Source: an uncultured Acidobacteriota bacterium (lineage in GTDB: Bacteria; Acidobacteriota; UBA6911; RPQK01; JAPXNP01). Taken from it: a stretch of DNA of 64,000 bases. Under the pieces are notes generated by a model. It searched no databases and was not told the DNA's origin. It saw only the letters and a program-made list of their open reading frames with translations. A program made the position numbers and the translations under genes. Positions 7,564 to 17,476 of this stretch are shown here, piece by piece. Where the stretch lies: NCBI GenBank assembly GCA_963723965.1, contig CAVRSV010000007.1, positions 702,251 through 766,250 of the forward strand. The letters are read 5' to 3'. Numbering within the stretch: the first letter of the stretch is position 1; each line of letters starts with the position of its first letter.

Positions 7564-9996
7564 CTACGGCTCGTCGTCGCTCGCGGGCTCGGTCGGGCGA
7601 TTCTTTACGTAGCGGTCGAACCAGTCGATCATCTCGGCCAGCACATCCAGGATCGACTCGCGGGCCGCGTAGGCGTGGGCCTCTCTGGGCAGCAGGACCA
7701 GCCGGGCCGTACCGCCGAGCCCCTGAATGGCCCGGAACAGTCTCAAGGACTGCATCGGGAAGGTGCCCGAATTGTTGTCGTCCTGTCCGTGGATCAGCAG
7801 AAGGGGCTGGTTGATCCGATCCGCATGCATGAAGGGCGACATCGTGAAGTAGACTTCCGGGGCCTCCCAGAAGGTCCGCCGCTCGTTCTGGAAGCCGAAT
7901 GGCGTCAAGGTCCGGTTGTAGGCGCCGCTGCGGGCGATGCCGGCGGCGAACAGGTCCGAGTGGGCCAGCAGGTTTGCGGCCATGAAAGCACCGTAACTGT
8001 GTCCGCCGATCCCGATTCGGCGAGGATCGGCAACGCCCATGGCGACCACCTTGTCGATGGCGGCGCGCGCGTTCATGACCAACTGTTCGACGAAGGTGTC
8101 GTTGCCGTCCTTGCCGACGATGGGCATCGCCGGTCCATCCAGGACGGCGTAACCCTGGGTCAGAAAGAAGAGCTGCGAGGCCCCGCTCAGGCGGGTGAAT
8201 CGGGCGGATGAGCCACGCACCTGGGAGGCGATGTCCGGATCGTTGTACTCCCGCGGATAAGCCCACATGACGAGGGGCAACCGCTCCCCTTCCTGAGAAC
8301 CCGGCGGCAGGTACAGCGTCCCCGACAGCTCGATCCCGTCTTCTCTCCAGTACCTGATGAGTTCCTTTGTCACGCCCCGCAACTCCGGAGCCGGGTCGGG
8401 AAAGGCCGTCACCGTACGCTCGGTTCCGTCGGCGAGGTTGCGGACCCGATAGCTCGGCGGGTCCTGCCGAGTCTCGTGACGAGTCAGAAGGGTGGGCGTT
8501 CCGGGATCGAGGATGGCGGCCACGGTTTCATAGACCGCCGGAGCCGACCGAAACAGCTCCGTGGATTCCAGGGTCTGCAGATCGAGACGGGTCAGCACGG
8601 GGTGATCTCCATCGGGGGAGCCGCCAGGACCGTTCAGGAAGACGGAGTCCCCTTCCCGAAGCACCATGGGCCTGCCCGAGGCGTCTCGAACCGTCATGAA
8701 GTCGCCGGGATCGTTGTAGGCGTCGAATCGGCCTCGTTCCCAGAGCAGCCGGGCGGGCCTTGCCGGGTCGACCGGGAGATCCAGCAACCAGGTGCGCGTC
8801 CGTTGGGTGTCGCGATCCGCCTCCGAAACGAAGACTCCCTCGTCCGCCATCCAGTCCAGACCGGACAACCGCCACTGGGTTCGCATCAGTTCGGTCGCCT
8901 CGTCCTGGAAAGGTGCCTCGAGCTGCATGAGACGATCGCGGTACTCGACCTCGCGTTTCGGATCGCCTTCGTCGAGCGCCTCCTTCCAGACCAGAACCGC
9001 AGGGGCCGAGGGCTTCCACTCGTAGCTGCGCGGTCCGGTTCGCACCCCTCCAATCGGGATCCCTTCGGCCAGCGGAACCTTCGCCACCGTGAAGACCTTC
9101 TTGCCGGTCAGATTCCAGATTTCGATCTCCCGGGGAAAGAACGATTCCGGCACCACATAGGAGTAGGGTCGGACCACACGCTCGAGGAGCAGGTACTGGC
9201 CCCCGGGTGATATCTCGCTGGACCCGAAAATCCCCGGGTCCCCAAGATCCCGACGCCGACCGCTTCTGATGGAGACGACCGCCAGCTGGGACCTGAGCAG
9301 GTATTCATACATGCGCACGTCCCCCGCATCCGAGAGCAGGTCCTGATAGGTGCGCACCGGCGCCTTCGCGCCTGACGTATCCTCCTCCACGGGGCCGGTC
9401 GGCAACTCCGCGCGATCCGGCGGCCCCCCCGCCGGTTCGGCTCGAAATCGACACAGCAGGTGGATCGAGTCGGGGAACCACTCGCAGGGCCCCGAGGCCG
9501 GATTCAGGGTCGGCTCCGAAACCCGCTTCGAATGCCCGTTCTCGATGTTGGCGACCCACAACTCCGCTCCCGTGTTCCGATAGTTCACGAAAGCGATCTT
9601 CTGGCCGTCGGGCGACCAGAACGGGGTCCCCGGATTGGCGCCTTCCGGAAGCTCGATCACCTGCTCGGATCCATCTGCAACGGAAAGCACCTGCATCCCG
9701 ACGATCTGCCCGCGTCGGTCGGGGACGGGGCCCCGATTGCGGGGATTGAAGCGCTTGCCCGCCAATCGGACGCGGGGCTGGGCAAGGTCGGCGATTCCGG
9801 GCATGCCGGCACGTTGCACCAGGAGAAGCGATTGCCGACCGGGGGCGATTTGGACCTCGGGAAAAGGGGCTCGATCCAGGAGATCGACGACCATCTTCGG
9901 CGGAGTCTTGTACTCGGGCTGCGCAGCAAAAGAGTGCGAAAGCCCGGCGCCCAGCAGACAGAGCCCAAACCAGGAGAGACGGTTGCGACACTTCAT
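7564..9996 (-). CDS. Secreted S9-family serine peptidase (prolyl oligopeptidase/DPP family) with N-terminal beta-propeller.
   Basis: Signal peptide MKCRNRLSWFGLCLLGAGLS; catalytic GGHSYGAF nucleophile elbow; C-terminal alpha/beta hydrolase with D and H (LLIHGQDDNN..., REAHAY). Confidence 0.85.
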   Translation of the reverse strand: MKCRNRLSWFGLCLLGAGLSHSFAAQPEYKTPPKMVVDLLDRAPFPEVQIAPGRQSLLLVQRAGMPGIADLAQPRVRLAGKRFNPRNRGPVPDRRGQIVGMQVLSVADGSEQVIELPEGANPGTPFWSPDGQKIAFVNYRNTGAELWVANIENGHSKRVSEPTLNPASGPCEWFPDSIHLLCRFRAEPAGGPPDRAELPTGPVEEDTSGAKAPVRTYQDLLSDAGDVRMYEYLLRSQLAVVSIRSGRRRDLGDPGIFGSSEISPGGQYLLLERVVRPYSYVVPESFFPREIEIWNLTGKKVFTVAKVPLAEGIPIGGVRTGPRSYEWKPSAPAVLVWKEALDEGDPKREVEYRDRLMQLEAPFQDEATELMRTQWRLSGLDWMADEGVFVSEADRDTQRTRTWLLDLPVDPARPARLLWERGRFDAYNDPGDFMTVRDASGRPMVLREGDSVFLNGPGGSPDGDHPVLTRLDLQTLESTELFRSAPAVYETVAAILDPGTPTLLTRHETRQDPPSYRVRNLADGTERTVTAFPDPAPELRGVTKELIRYWREDGIELSGTLYLPPGSQEGERLPLVMWAYPREYNDPDIASQVRGSSARFTRLSGASQLFFLTQGYAVLDGPAMPIVGKDGNDTFVEQLVMNARAAIDKVVAMGVADPRRIGIGGHSYGAFMAANLLAHSDLFAAGIARSGAYNRTLTPFGFQNERRTFWEAPEVYFTMSPFMHADRINQPLLLIHGQDDNNSGTFPMQSLRLFRAIQGLGGTARLVLLPREAHAYAARESILDVLAEMIDWFDRYVKNRPTEPASDDEP

Positions 9997-10092
9997 TAAA
10001 CGCTATTATGCAGTCCCGGCCTCGCCGAAGTGGAGTCAGCGGAAATTCCGGGGGGGGCTGCCGTCTCGATCCGAATACCGTAGAATCAGAAC

Positions 10093-10869
10093 ATGTTGCG
10101 AGCTCGGAAGACCGTCGGAGCGGCTGTTCTCGTAGTCCTTGCGACTCTCGCCTTCGGTCAATCCGATGCGCTTCTACAGAAGCTGCAGCCCACCGGCTAC
10201 GTGGACGACTTCGCGGGAGTCTTCAAGCCGGCCCAGCGTACCAGTCTGGAAGGATACCTGCAGGAACTCGACCAGAAGACGGGGGCTCAGGTAGCCGTTG
10301 TCACCCTCCAATCCATCGACGGCGGCGAGATCCGAGATTTCGCCAACCGCCTGTTCGAGAAGTGGGGCATCGGGAAGAAGGGCGACGATCGCGGCCTGCT
10401 CATTCTGACGGTGCTCGACCAGAGACGCATCTGGGTCGAGGTCGGTTACGGGCTCGAGCCGCTCTTGCCCGATGCGCGAGTTGGAAGGATCCTCGACCAG
10501 TCGGTCATGCCCTATTTCCGACGCGGTGACCTGGCGGACGGACTCATTGCAGGCGCCCAGGCTTATGGCGCCGTCATCGCCGAGCAGGCGGGCGTTCAGA
10601 TCACGCAGGGCATCGCACAGCCTCGGCCGGAAGCCGTCGGGACGGGGGCTCACCAACTGAGCTGCACCGAACTTCTCCTGATCGGACTCGCCCTGTTGAT
10701 CTTCATCCCCATCATCATGCGGCACCCCTGGCTCCTTCTGTTTCTGCTCAACTCGGGACGCGGAGGCGGCTTCGGCGGCGGCGGCTTCGGCGGTGGCTTC
10801 GGCGGCGGCGGATTTGGCGGTTTCGGCGGTGGAATGTCGGGAGGCGGCGGAGCCGGTCGCAGTTGGTGA
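10093..10869 (+). CDS. TPM-domain (YgcG-like) protein with C-terminal TM helix and Gly-rich tail.
   Basis: Signal peptide; TPM/DUF477 motifs (YVDDFAGV..., GLLILTVLDQRRIWVEVGYGLE); poly-GGGFGGG C-terminus. Confidence 0.75.
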   Translation: MLRARKTVGAAVLVVLATLAFGQSDALLQKLQPTGYVDDFAGVFKPAQRTSLEGYLQELDQKTGAQVAVVTLQSIDGGEIRDFANRLFEKWGIGKKGDDRGLLILTVLDQRRIWVEVGYGLEPLLPDARVGRILDQSVMPYFRRGDLADGLIAGAQAYGAVIAEQAGVQITQGIAQPRPEAVGTGAHQLSCTELLLIGLALLIFIPIIMRHPWLLLFLLNSGRGGGFGGGGFGGGFGGGGFGGFGGGMSGGGGAGRSW

Positions 10870-10909
10870 CCAGTCGCGGGCAGCCGGCTGGAAAACGAGG
10901 AGGTCGAAC

Positions 10910-11638
10910 GTGAAACCGGAAGACTTAGTGAGGAAACTGCAGGAAACCCTCGGATCCCGCCTGAAGTCCGTGATCCTCTATGGATCCGCGGCTGCCGGCG
11001 ACTATCTTGCCGAGGGCTCCGACTTCAACATCCTCGTGGCCCTCGAGCGACTGGGCCTCGACGAGTTGGATGCGCTGGTGCCCATCACCGAGAAATGGGT
11101 GAAGGAGGGAAATCCTCCTCCCCTGCTCTTCACGAAAGACCGATTCGAACGATCGGCCGATGTATTCCCGATCGAGATCCTCGACATCAAGGAATCGCAC
11201 CGGGTGTTGTCCGGAGAGGACATCGTGGCCGAGCTGGACGTCTCGCGGGAGAACCTTCGCCTTCAGCTCGAGCACGAACTGAAGGGAAAACTGATCCAGT
11301 TGCGGGCCGCCTTCCTGGTAACCAAACGAGACTCGGGACGAATCGTCGCGCTCATGGTAGATTCGTTGTCGTCGTTCCTGGTGCTGGCCCGTGCGGCCCT
11401 GAGGTTGATCCAAGATCAGGTGCCCGCGAAGAAGATGGAAGCGCTCAAGCTGCTGGCGGAAAGCTTCCAGTTCGAGACGGGAGCCTTTGAAACCGTTCAG
11501 CAGATCAAGGAGGGCGTGCTCAAGGCGCGTGATGTCGAGGCAGAGCCGCTCTTCTCAAGGTATCTGGAGACGGTGGAGCGTCTGACCGATCGGGTGGATT
11601 CGTTCCTCCAGGAACAAGCCGTCAAGCAGCCGGACTGA
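10910..11638 (+). CDS. Nucleotidyltransferase-domain protein.
   Basis: GTG start with AGGAGG RBS; ILYGSAAAGDYLAEGSDFNILVALE is the minimal NTase G[SG]...D.D motif. Confidence 0.6.
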   Translation: MKPEDLVRKLQETLGSRLKSVILYGSAAAGDYLAEGSDFNILVALERLGLDELDALVPITEKWVKEGNPPPLLFTKDRFERSADVFPIEILDIKESHRVLSGEDIVAELDVSRENLRLQLEHELKGKLIQLRAAFLVTKRDSGRIVALMVDSLSSFLVLARAALRLIQDQVPAKKMEALKLLAESFQFETGAFETVQQIKEGVLKARDVEAEPLFSRYLETVERLTDRVDSFLQEQAVKQPD

Positions 11639-11660
11639 GGGAGTAGAAGGAGCTCGGAGC

Positions 11661-12230
11661 ATGGCAAAGAAGATTCTGCTGGGTCTGTTGATCCTGATCG
11701 TCGTGGTCGGACTTTTCGTCGCCGTCTCGGCAATCGGGACCTACAACCAACTGGTAACGTTGAATGAGCGAGTGGGCAGTTCCTGGGCCCAGGTCGAAAC
11801 GGTGCTTCAGCGACGATTCGACCTGATCCCGAACCTCGTCAACACGGTCAAGGGCTATGCCCAGCAGGAGCAAACGGTCTTCACGGAGGTAACGCGTTTA
11901 CGCAGCCAGTGGGGACAGGCCCAGACGGTCGCAGAAAAGGCACAGGTCGCCGGCAGCCTCGAGGGCGCGCTTTCCCGCCTTCTGGTGGTGTCCGAGCGCT
12001 ACCCCGAACTCAAGTCGAATCAGAACTTCCTGGCCCTTCAGGATGAACTGAGTGGGACGGAGAACCGCATCGCCGTCGAGCGCCGGCGCTACAACGAGGC
12101 CGTCCAGCAATACAACACCGCCATCCGGCGCTTTCCGGCCAACATCGTCGCGTCTCTGGCCGGTTTCCAGGCGGCGACCTACTTCGAAGCCGCCCAAGGT
12201 GCCGAGGAGGCCCCGAAAGTCCAGTTCTAA
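11661..12230 (+). CDS. lemA: LemA family protein.
   Basis: N-terminal TM plus conserved LemA core (YNQLVTLNERVGSSWAQVETVLQRRFDLIPNLV); 189 aa. Confidence 0.85.
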   Translation: MAKKILLGLLILIVVVGLFVAVSAIGTYNQLVTLNERVGSSWAQVETVLQRRFDLIPNLVNTVKGYAQQEQTVFTEVTRLRSQWGQAQTVAEKAQVAGSLEGALSRLLVVSERYPELKSNQNFLALQDELSGTENRIAVERRRYNEAVQQYNTAIRRFPANIVASLAGFQAATYFEAAQGAEEAPKVQF

Positions 12231-12354
12231 CCCGTTCATACCCTGACGGACCAGGCCCCGTGCAGGAGATCTGTCCTCCGGCCGGGCCGGGGCGACGGGT
12301 CGAGGAATGGATTCAGGTTTCCCCGAGCGCATTTGGGAGTGGGGAGGGTCGAGC

Positions 12355-13731
12355 ATGGAGTTTCCAGCCGAGCCGTTCAAGATCAAGGTGGTCGAGCCCC
12401 TGAGGATGAACACCCGCGAAGAGAGGGAGCGCCTCATCCGCGACGTCGGCTTCAATGTGTTCAGCCTGCCCGCCGAATCGGTGCTCATCGATCTGCTGAC
12501 CGACAGCGGGACCTCCGCCATGAGCGACGATCAATGGGCCGGGATGGCGCTCGGAGACGAGTCCTACGCCGGAAGCCGGAACTACTTCCGGTTCGAGGAG
12601 ACGGTACACGAGATCTTCGGCTACAAGCACATCATCCCGACCCACCAGGGACGAATGGCGGAAAACCTGCTGTTCTCAGTCGCCGTCCGGCCGGGTGACT
12701 ACGTCCCCAACAACACGCACTTCGACACGACGCGGGCCAATGTCGAACACAATTCCGCCCAGGCAATCGATCTGATCGCCCCGGGTGGAATGGACCCGGC
12801 CAGTGCCGCGCCTTTCAAGGGCAACATGGACGCTCGTCGGCTGGAGGCCTTCATTCGGGAAAAGGGACCGGAGAAGATTCCCCTGGTGATGCTGACCATC
12901 ACCAACAACTCGGCCGGAGGACAACCGGTTTCCATGGCCAACGTGCGGGAGGTCCGGCAAATCTGCGATCGATACGGACTCCCGCTGTTCTTCGATGCCT
13001 GCCGTTTTGCCGAGAACTGTTTTCTGATCAAGGAGCGGGAAGCCGGGTTCCAGGACCGGTCGGTCCGCGAGATCGCGCGGGAGCTGTTTTCCTACGGAGA
13101 CGGCTGCACGATGAGCGCCAAGAAGGACGGCCTCGTCAACATCGGAGGCTTTCTGGCCATGAATTCGGATGAGCTGGCGCAGAAGGCAACCAACCTGCTC
13201 ATTCTCATCGAAGGCTTCCCCACCTACGGAGGACTGGCCGGGCGGGATCTGGAGGCGATGTCGCGCGGCTTCCGCGAGGTCCTCAACGAGGACTACCTGA
13301 GGTTCCGGGTGAACCAGGTGCGCACACTCGGTCGTGATCTCGACGAGGCTGGTGTCCCGATCGTGCGGCCCGTGGGAGGACACGCCGTCTACGTCAACGC
13401 CAAGGATTTCCTGCCCCACATTCCACCCAGCCAGTTCCCCGGACAGGCTCTGGTGGCGGCCCTCTACGTGGAAGCGGGAATTCGCGCAGTCGAGATCGGC
13501 AGCCTGATGTTCGCCCACCGTGACCCCGAGACCGGCGAAATGAAGCACCCCGAGATGGAGCTGGTCCGTCTGGCCATCCCGCGGCGGGTCTATACCTCGA
13601 TGCACATGAAATATGTCTCGGAGGCCCTCATCTCACTTCACCGGGAACGCGATCGTGTCAGGGGACTGCGAATCGTGAAAGAACCGCCGTTCCTGCGCCA
13701 CTTCACGGCCAAGCTCGAACCCGTGGGGTGA
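12355..13731 (+). CDS. tnaA: Tryptophanase / tyrosine phenol-lyase family beta-eliminating lyase (PLP-dependent).
   Basis: MEFPAEPFKIKVVEP N-terminus; PLP-lysine region TMSAKKDGLVNIGG; ~458 aa. Trp versus Tyr specificity not resolvable by eye. Confidence 0.8.
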   Translation: MEFPAEPFKIKVVEPLRMNTREERERLIRDVGFNVFSLPAESVLIDLLTDSGTSAMSDDQWAGMALGDESYAGSRNYFRFEETVHEIFGYKHIIPTHQGRMAENLLFSVAVRPGDYVPNNTHFDTTRANVEHNSAQAIDLIAPGGMDPASAAPFKGNMDARRLEAFIREKGPEKIPLVMLTITNNSAGGQPVSMANVREVRQICDRYGLPLFFDACRFAENCFLIKEREAGFQDRSVREIARELFSYGDGCTMSAKKDGLVNIGGFLAMNSDELAQKATNLLILIEGFPTYGGLAGRDLEAMSRGFREVLNEDYLRFRVNQVRTLGRDLDEAGVPIVRPVGGHAVYVNAKDFLPHIPPSQFPGQALVAALYVEAGIRAVEIGSLMFAHRDPETGEMKHPEMELVRLAIPRRVYTSMHMKYVSEALISLHRERDRVRGLRIVKEPPFLRHFTAKLEPVG

Positions 13732-13858
13732 GCATCCTGCGTGTCCGGGGTATCGGGTCGTTGGCCGACGCAGAGACCGGCAGACTCCTCGCATCTGTCT
13801 CCGTGGATCCCAGTGCAGGGCACGACCTTCGGGACATCGGAAGCCGGCTGTCCGAGGT

Positions 13859-15541
13859 TCAGTTGGGCTGATGCTCCGCCAGGGCGCTTTGCAGCTTCTC
13901 GATCTCCGCCTTGAGGCGCGCGATTTCCTCCTTCAGATCGGACACGGACTGGTTGTGTCGTGCGCCCTCTTCTCGAACTCGACGCGCTGCATCCGTCTGT
14001 CGCTCGATGCGCGCCCGTCGTTCCTCGAGAGCCCGGCGCTGATCCTCCTGGAGAGCCCGAAGTTCGCTTTGCTGACGCTGCTGACGCTTGGTTGCCTCCC
14101 GCAGCTGCCTGACCTGTGCTCGCTGCCGTTCCCTCAACTCCCGCTGCATTCGCTCGAGTTCGTTTCTCTGCCGCTCGGCCTGCACTCGAAATTCCCGCCG
14201 CTTGGCCGTGCCCGCTTCGCCGTTGCGAGGCGGCGGGGGCGGCTGGGCCGGGGGTTCCGGTTGTGCGGGAGCAGGCGGAGGTCCGGCGGGGGGTGGCGCC
14301 GGTGACGGGGCCGGTTCGTCCGGAGGGGCTGGCGCAGGAGCCGGCTCGGAGGGTGGAGCGGGTGGGGCCGGCGGCGCTTCGGAGGGGGGAGGGGCTTCGG
14401 GTGGTTGGGGCGCAGGAGGCGGTGCGGGGCGAGGGGTCTCCTGAAGAGCGGTTGCCGGCGATGCCAGTGCCGGAGAGGCCGCAAACCCGAGGCATGCCAC
14501 CCCCAGCAGGACCAGCGCGATCAGTCCCGTAACAGCCCATTTCTGCAGGGTGGGCATGCGACGTTTCCGGCGCGGATCGAGGATGGAGCGGATCCGCGCG
14601 TCCAGAGGGGACTGCCCGAAGGCGGCGGCAAACCGGACCACGTCATCCGACGCGCCGGCCGCTCGCACGAGCACGAGCAGATGTCGAGCGTATCTCGAAG
14701 GCAGGGTCCCCGCGCGCAGAACCTCGTCATCGCATGCCTGCTCGCTCTCCCGGCGCAGAAGACGGTCGTGCCACCAAACCAGCGGATTGAACCAGTAAAT
14801 GGCCAGGACGATCCGTGAGAGCAGCCTCGAGGCCAGGTCGAGACGCCGGATATGGGCCAATTCGTGGAGCAGGACCACCTGGAGATGGCTTTCGGGCCAC
14901 TGCAGGGCCACGGCAGGCAGGACGACGGCCGGGCGCAGGATGCCCACAGCCATCGGCATGCGGGCGCGCTCCGAGGCGTAGAGTTCCACCGGACGGCGCA
15001 AGCCAAGCCGGCGGGAGGCCTGTTCGATGCGCTCGTTCCAGGGGGTGGTTTCGAGGCGCCGGGCCGTTCGCAGACTCCTGCGGGCCACCCCGCAACCGAT
15101 CAAAGTCCGGACCAGCAGAATGAGGGCCGGCAGCAGCCAGACCAGGGCGAGGGCCGGTTTCAGCAGACTCCGCAGCGCCGGGCCGTTGCGGCTTTCCGCA
15201 GTCCTCAGCGTCCCTCCGCCATCGGCGGCAGTCCCGTCCGGACGCAGGACCGAAGCCGGAAGTGCGGCAGTCACTCCGCCCGCCGCCGGCAGGCTCTGCA
15301 GGATCGTCGGAAGTTCGGCCGGCAGGGGGAGCGCATACTCGGGCAACAGCGAGACCGCCAGCGGCAACACAAGCAGCGACGCGGCTGATCCCACCAGAAT
15401 CCAGTGCCGAGTGGCCGCCGCAAGCCGCCCGCTCAGCAGGAACAGCAGCGTCGCCGCCAGACCCAGCAGCAACGCCTTGCAGGCCAGTTCCAGGAACCCC
15501 TGGGAGCCTGTCGCGATGGCGAATTCCAGTATCGTTTGCAT
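13859..15541 (-). CDS. BlaR1/MecR1-family M56 peptidase-type signal transducer with non-canonical C-terminal region (TM, Pro-rich linker, long charged coiled coil).
   Basis: HELAHIRRLD zinc motif within a multi-TM N-terminal domain. C-terminal ~200 aa are PAPPPAP... low complexity followed by an ERQR-rich coiled coil, with no penicillin-binding domain. Immediately downstream of the BlaI-like gene. Confidence 0.75.
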   Translation of the reverse strand: MQTILEFAIATGSQGFLELACKALLLGLAATLLFLLSGRLAAATRHWILVGSAASLLVLPLAVSLLPEYALPLPAELPTILQSLPAAGGVTAALPASVLRPDGTAADGGGTLRTAESRNGPALRSLLKPALALVWLLPALILLVRTLIGCGVARRSLRTARRLETTPWNERIEQASRRLGLRRPVELYASERARMPMAVGILRPAVVLPAVALQWPESHLQVVLLHELAHIRRLDLASRLLSRIVLAIYWFNPLVWWHDRLLRRESEQACDDEVLRAGTLPSRYARHLLVLVRAAGASDDVVRFAAAFGQSPLDARIRSILDPRRKRRMPTLQKWAVTGLIALVLLGVACLGFAASPALASPATALQETPRPAPPPAPQPPEAPPPSEAPPAPPAPPSEPAPAPAPPDEPAPSPAPPPAGPPPAPAQPEPPAQPPPPPRNGEAGTAKRREFRVQAERQRNELERMQRELRERQRAQVRQLREATKRQQRQQSELRALQEDQRRALEERRARIERQTDAARRVREEGARHNQSVSDLKEEIARLKAEIEKLQSALAEHQPN

Positions 15542-15949
15542 CTAGCGTCCCTCCTCCTTCGCCTGATCGATCAGCCGGGAAAGCCGGTTGAGATCCTCCT
15601 CGGTGAGCTCTTCCCTCGTCAAATCCAGCAGGGTCGCGACCGCCTGCTCCGCCGAGCCGTCGAAGAAAGTGTCGACGAGATGGCGAAGCACGGAGCGGCG
15701 GGCCCTTCGTCGGTCGACGACGGGAATGAAGACATACCGCTGTCCGTCCAACTCGTGCCGCACGTGGCCCTTCTCCTCGAGCACGCGAAGCAGCGCCCTC
15801 ACCGTCGAGTAACTGGGGGGATCGGCCACCTCGGACCGGACTTCGGCGGCTCCGGCGCGGCCGCGGGCGTAAAGCACATCCATGATCTGCCGCTCGCGCC
15901 GGCTCAAGGATCGATACCCCGCAGGATGTAGGTTTCGTTGCTGGGTCAA
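15542..15949 (-). CDS. blaI: BlaI/MecI/CopY-family transcriptional repressor.
   Basis: Winged-helix N-terminus LSRRERQIMDVLYARGRAGAAEV. Start assigned to TTG (rc) at 15949 with AGGGAGG 5 nt upstream; in-frame ATG at 15976 is the alternative. Confidence 0.7.
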   Translation of the reverse strand: MTQQRNLHPAGYRSLSRRERQIMDVLYARGRAGAAEVRSEVADPPSYSTVRALLRVLEEKGHVRHELDGQRYVFIPVVDRRRARRSVLRHLVDTFFDGSAEQAVATLLDLTREELTEEDLNRLSRLIDQAKEEGR

Positions 15950-15977
15950 TGGGGCCTCCCTGTCGGATCGTGTCAAA

Positions 15978-16009
15978 TGCTAGAAAATTAGCATGCGAAA
16001 AATCTAGCA
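15978..16009. promoter_or_regulatory. Twin tandem dyad operators (TGCTA-N6-TAGCA and TGCGA-N6-TAGCA) immediately upstream of blaI; candidate BlaI autoregulatory operator.
   Basis: tgctagaaaattagca followed directly by tgcgaaaaatctagca, each a 5-6-5 inverted repeat, in the AT-richer promoter region of the blaI-blaR1 operon. Confidence 0.55.
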
Positions 16010-16112
16010 CCAGGAGGCCCCGGCCGTCAAAGCAAATCGGGGGAGGCTGTTCGATATCGAACGCCAAGGCGGTCCCGTAGACGATTCGCCCGGAACCCTC
16101 GACCAGATCTTC

Positions 16113-17126
16113 CTAGCGGAGACGAACCGGACGGCCTTCCAGGACCGAATCCTGAGCGGCGAAGATCACTTCGTAGACGGGCCAGACTCTTCGAAAGCTC
16201 AGTGGGGATTCCCGCCCCTCTCGGATGCAGCGAACGAAGTCATCGATCTCCCTGCCGAAGGGATGCCTCTTGACATCCGGGTCGTCGGGATACTCGGCGT
16301 GAAGCTTCATGAAACCCTTGGAATCGCGGAAGTGCCGGGAGAAGATGCCGTGATTTCGGATCGTCCCCTCCGTCCCGTTGACCTGGAGGTGGAAGACATA
16401 GGGCATCAGGCACTCGAGCGAAGTGGAGACTTTCCCCAGAGCGCCGTTCTCGAACTTCATGAGGACACTGATAGTCGGGTCATATTCGAAATCCATCCGC
16501 CGGCGCGGATGCGCGGAAAAGGCAAAGACTTCATCGACACGACACTCTTCTCCCATCATGGCGAGCACGATGTCGACCGAGTGGCATCCCCCCATCAGGA
16601 GTGAACTTCCCGCCGTCTCGGTGGACACCTTCCAGGAGCCCTTGATCTCGTGCCAGTAGTCCGACTCGCAGTAGTAGACTTCTCCGACCCCTCCTTTGCG
16701 AACGAATCGAAGCAAATGCTGGACGAGGGGATAGTACCGGACGACATGGCCGACATGGGTCCCCACTCCGGCTCGCTCGGCCGCCTCGACCAGGCGACGG
16801 GCCTGTTCGCGGGAGAAGCAGAGCGGCTTTTCGACGAGGACATGCTTTCCCGCCTCGAGGGCCGCCAGGCCCATTGGGAAGTGCTGGCTGTTGACAGTAC
16901 AGATCGACACCAGATCGATGTCTTCGCGGCGGAGCGCCGATTCCCAATCCTCGTAGAAGGGACAGCGGAAGCCGAGTTCCTGCATATAGGCCTCGGCACG
17001 GGCCTTGTCCCGTGGTCGGGATCCGGCGATCGCCCTGATTTCGGTGTACGGATTCTCGAGAAACGACGAGAGATGCCGACCTGCCACCCAACCCGGACCG
17101 ATCAGCAGGACCCCGAGTTCGCTCAA
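16113..17126 (-). CDS. Gfo/Idh/MocA-family NAD(P)-dependent oxidoreductase.
   Basis: N-terminal Rossmann GVLLIGPGWVAGRHL and the EKP motif (VLVEKPLC). Start placed at TTG 17126 (GGAAGGGGG RBS) because the upstream ~114 codons of the long ORF are Arg/Pro-rich and not MocA-like. Confidence 0.6.
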   Translation of the reverse strand: MSELGVLLIGPGWVAGRHLSSFLENPYTEIRAIAGSRPRDKARAEAYMQELGFRCPFYEDWESALRREDIDLVSICTVNSQHFPMGLAALEAGKHVLVEKPLCFSREQARRLVEAAERAGVGTHVGHVVRYYPLVQHLLRFVRKGGVGEVYYCESDYWHEIKGSWKVSTETAGSSLLMGGCHSVDIVLAMMGEECRVDEVFAFSAHPRRRMDFEYDPTISVLMKFENGALGKVSTSLECLMPYVFHLQVNGTEGTIRNHGIFSRHFRDSKGFMKLHAEYPDDPDVKRHPFGREIDDFVRCIREGRESPLSFRRVWPVYEVIFAAQDSVLEGRPVRLR

Positions 17127-17476
17127 CTTGTTCCCCCTTCCACTTGATCCAGCGTATCCACGATGTCGGAGCAATTGCAGTAGGAGCGGCGCGGCCGTTT
17201 CGGCCGTCCCCGATTCGCGTTTCGAGACGGATTGAACCGGCTCGAACCTGGGGCTGCGGAGCACTTCAGGCTGTCTGCCAGCGTACCAAGGCGGGCCGAC
17301 CGTTTCCCACGTCCCGCCCGCCATCCTGCCCAAGCCCGGACCCGGCCCTCGGATCGCAGGGAGGGTCCTCCACCGCCGATTTGCCGGGCGATGGAGGGAT
17401 TGGTCGTGCCGCCAGGCTGCGTTCCGGCGGAGGATGCTTCCAAACTCCGGCTCGCGATTTGGTATCATCTTTGCCT

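Noticed and set aside
7346-8266. 306-aa ORF antisense within the S9 peptidase gene, and 7675-8211 +.
   Set aside because: Arg-rich noise; the peptidase frame carries the GGHSYG nucleophile elbow and a signal peptide.
13638-15388. Several long ORFs overlapping the blaR1-like gene (13638-14540 -, 14727-16067 -, 14088-14444 +, 14852-15388 +).
   Set aside because: Low-complexity Ala/Gly/Arg/Pro translations produced by the Pro-rich and coiled-coil coding segment on the other frame or strand; no family signatures.
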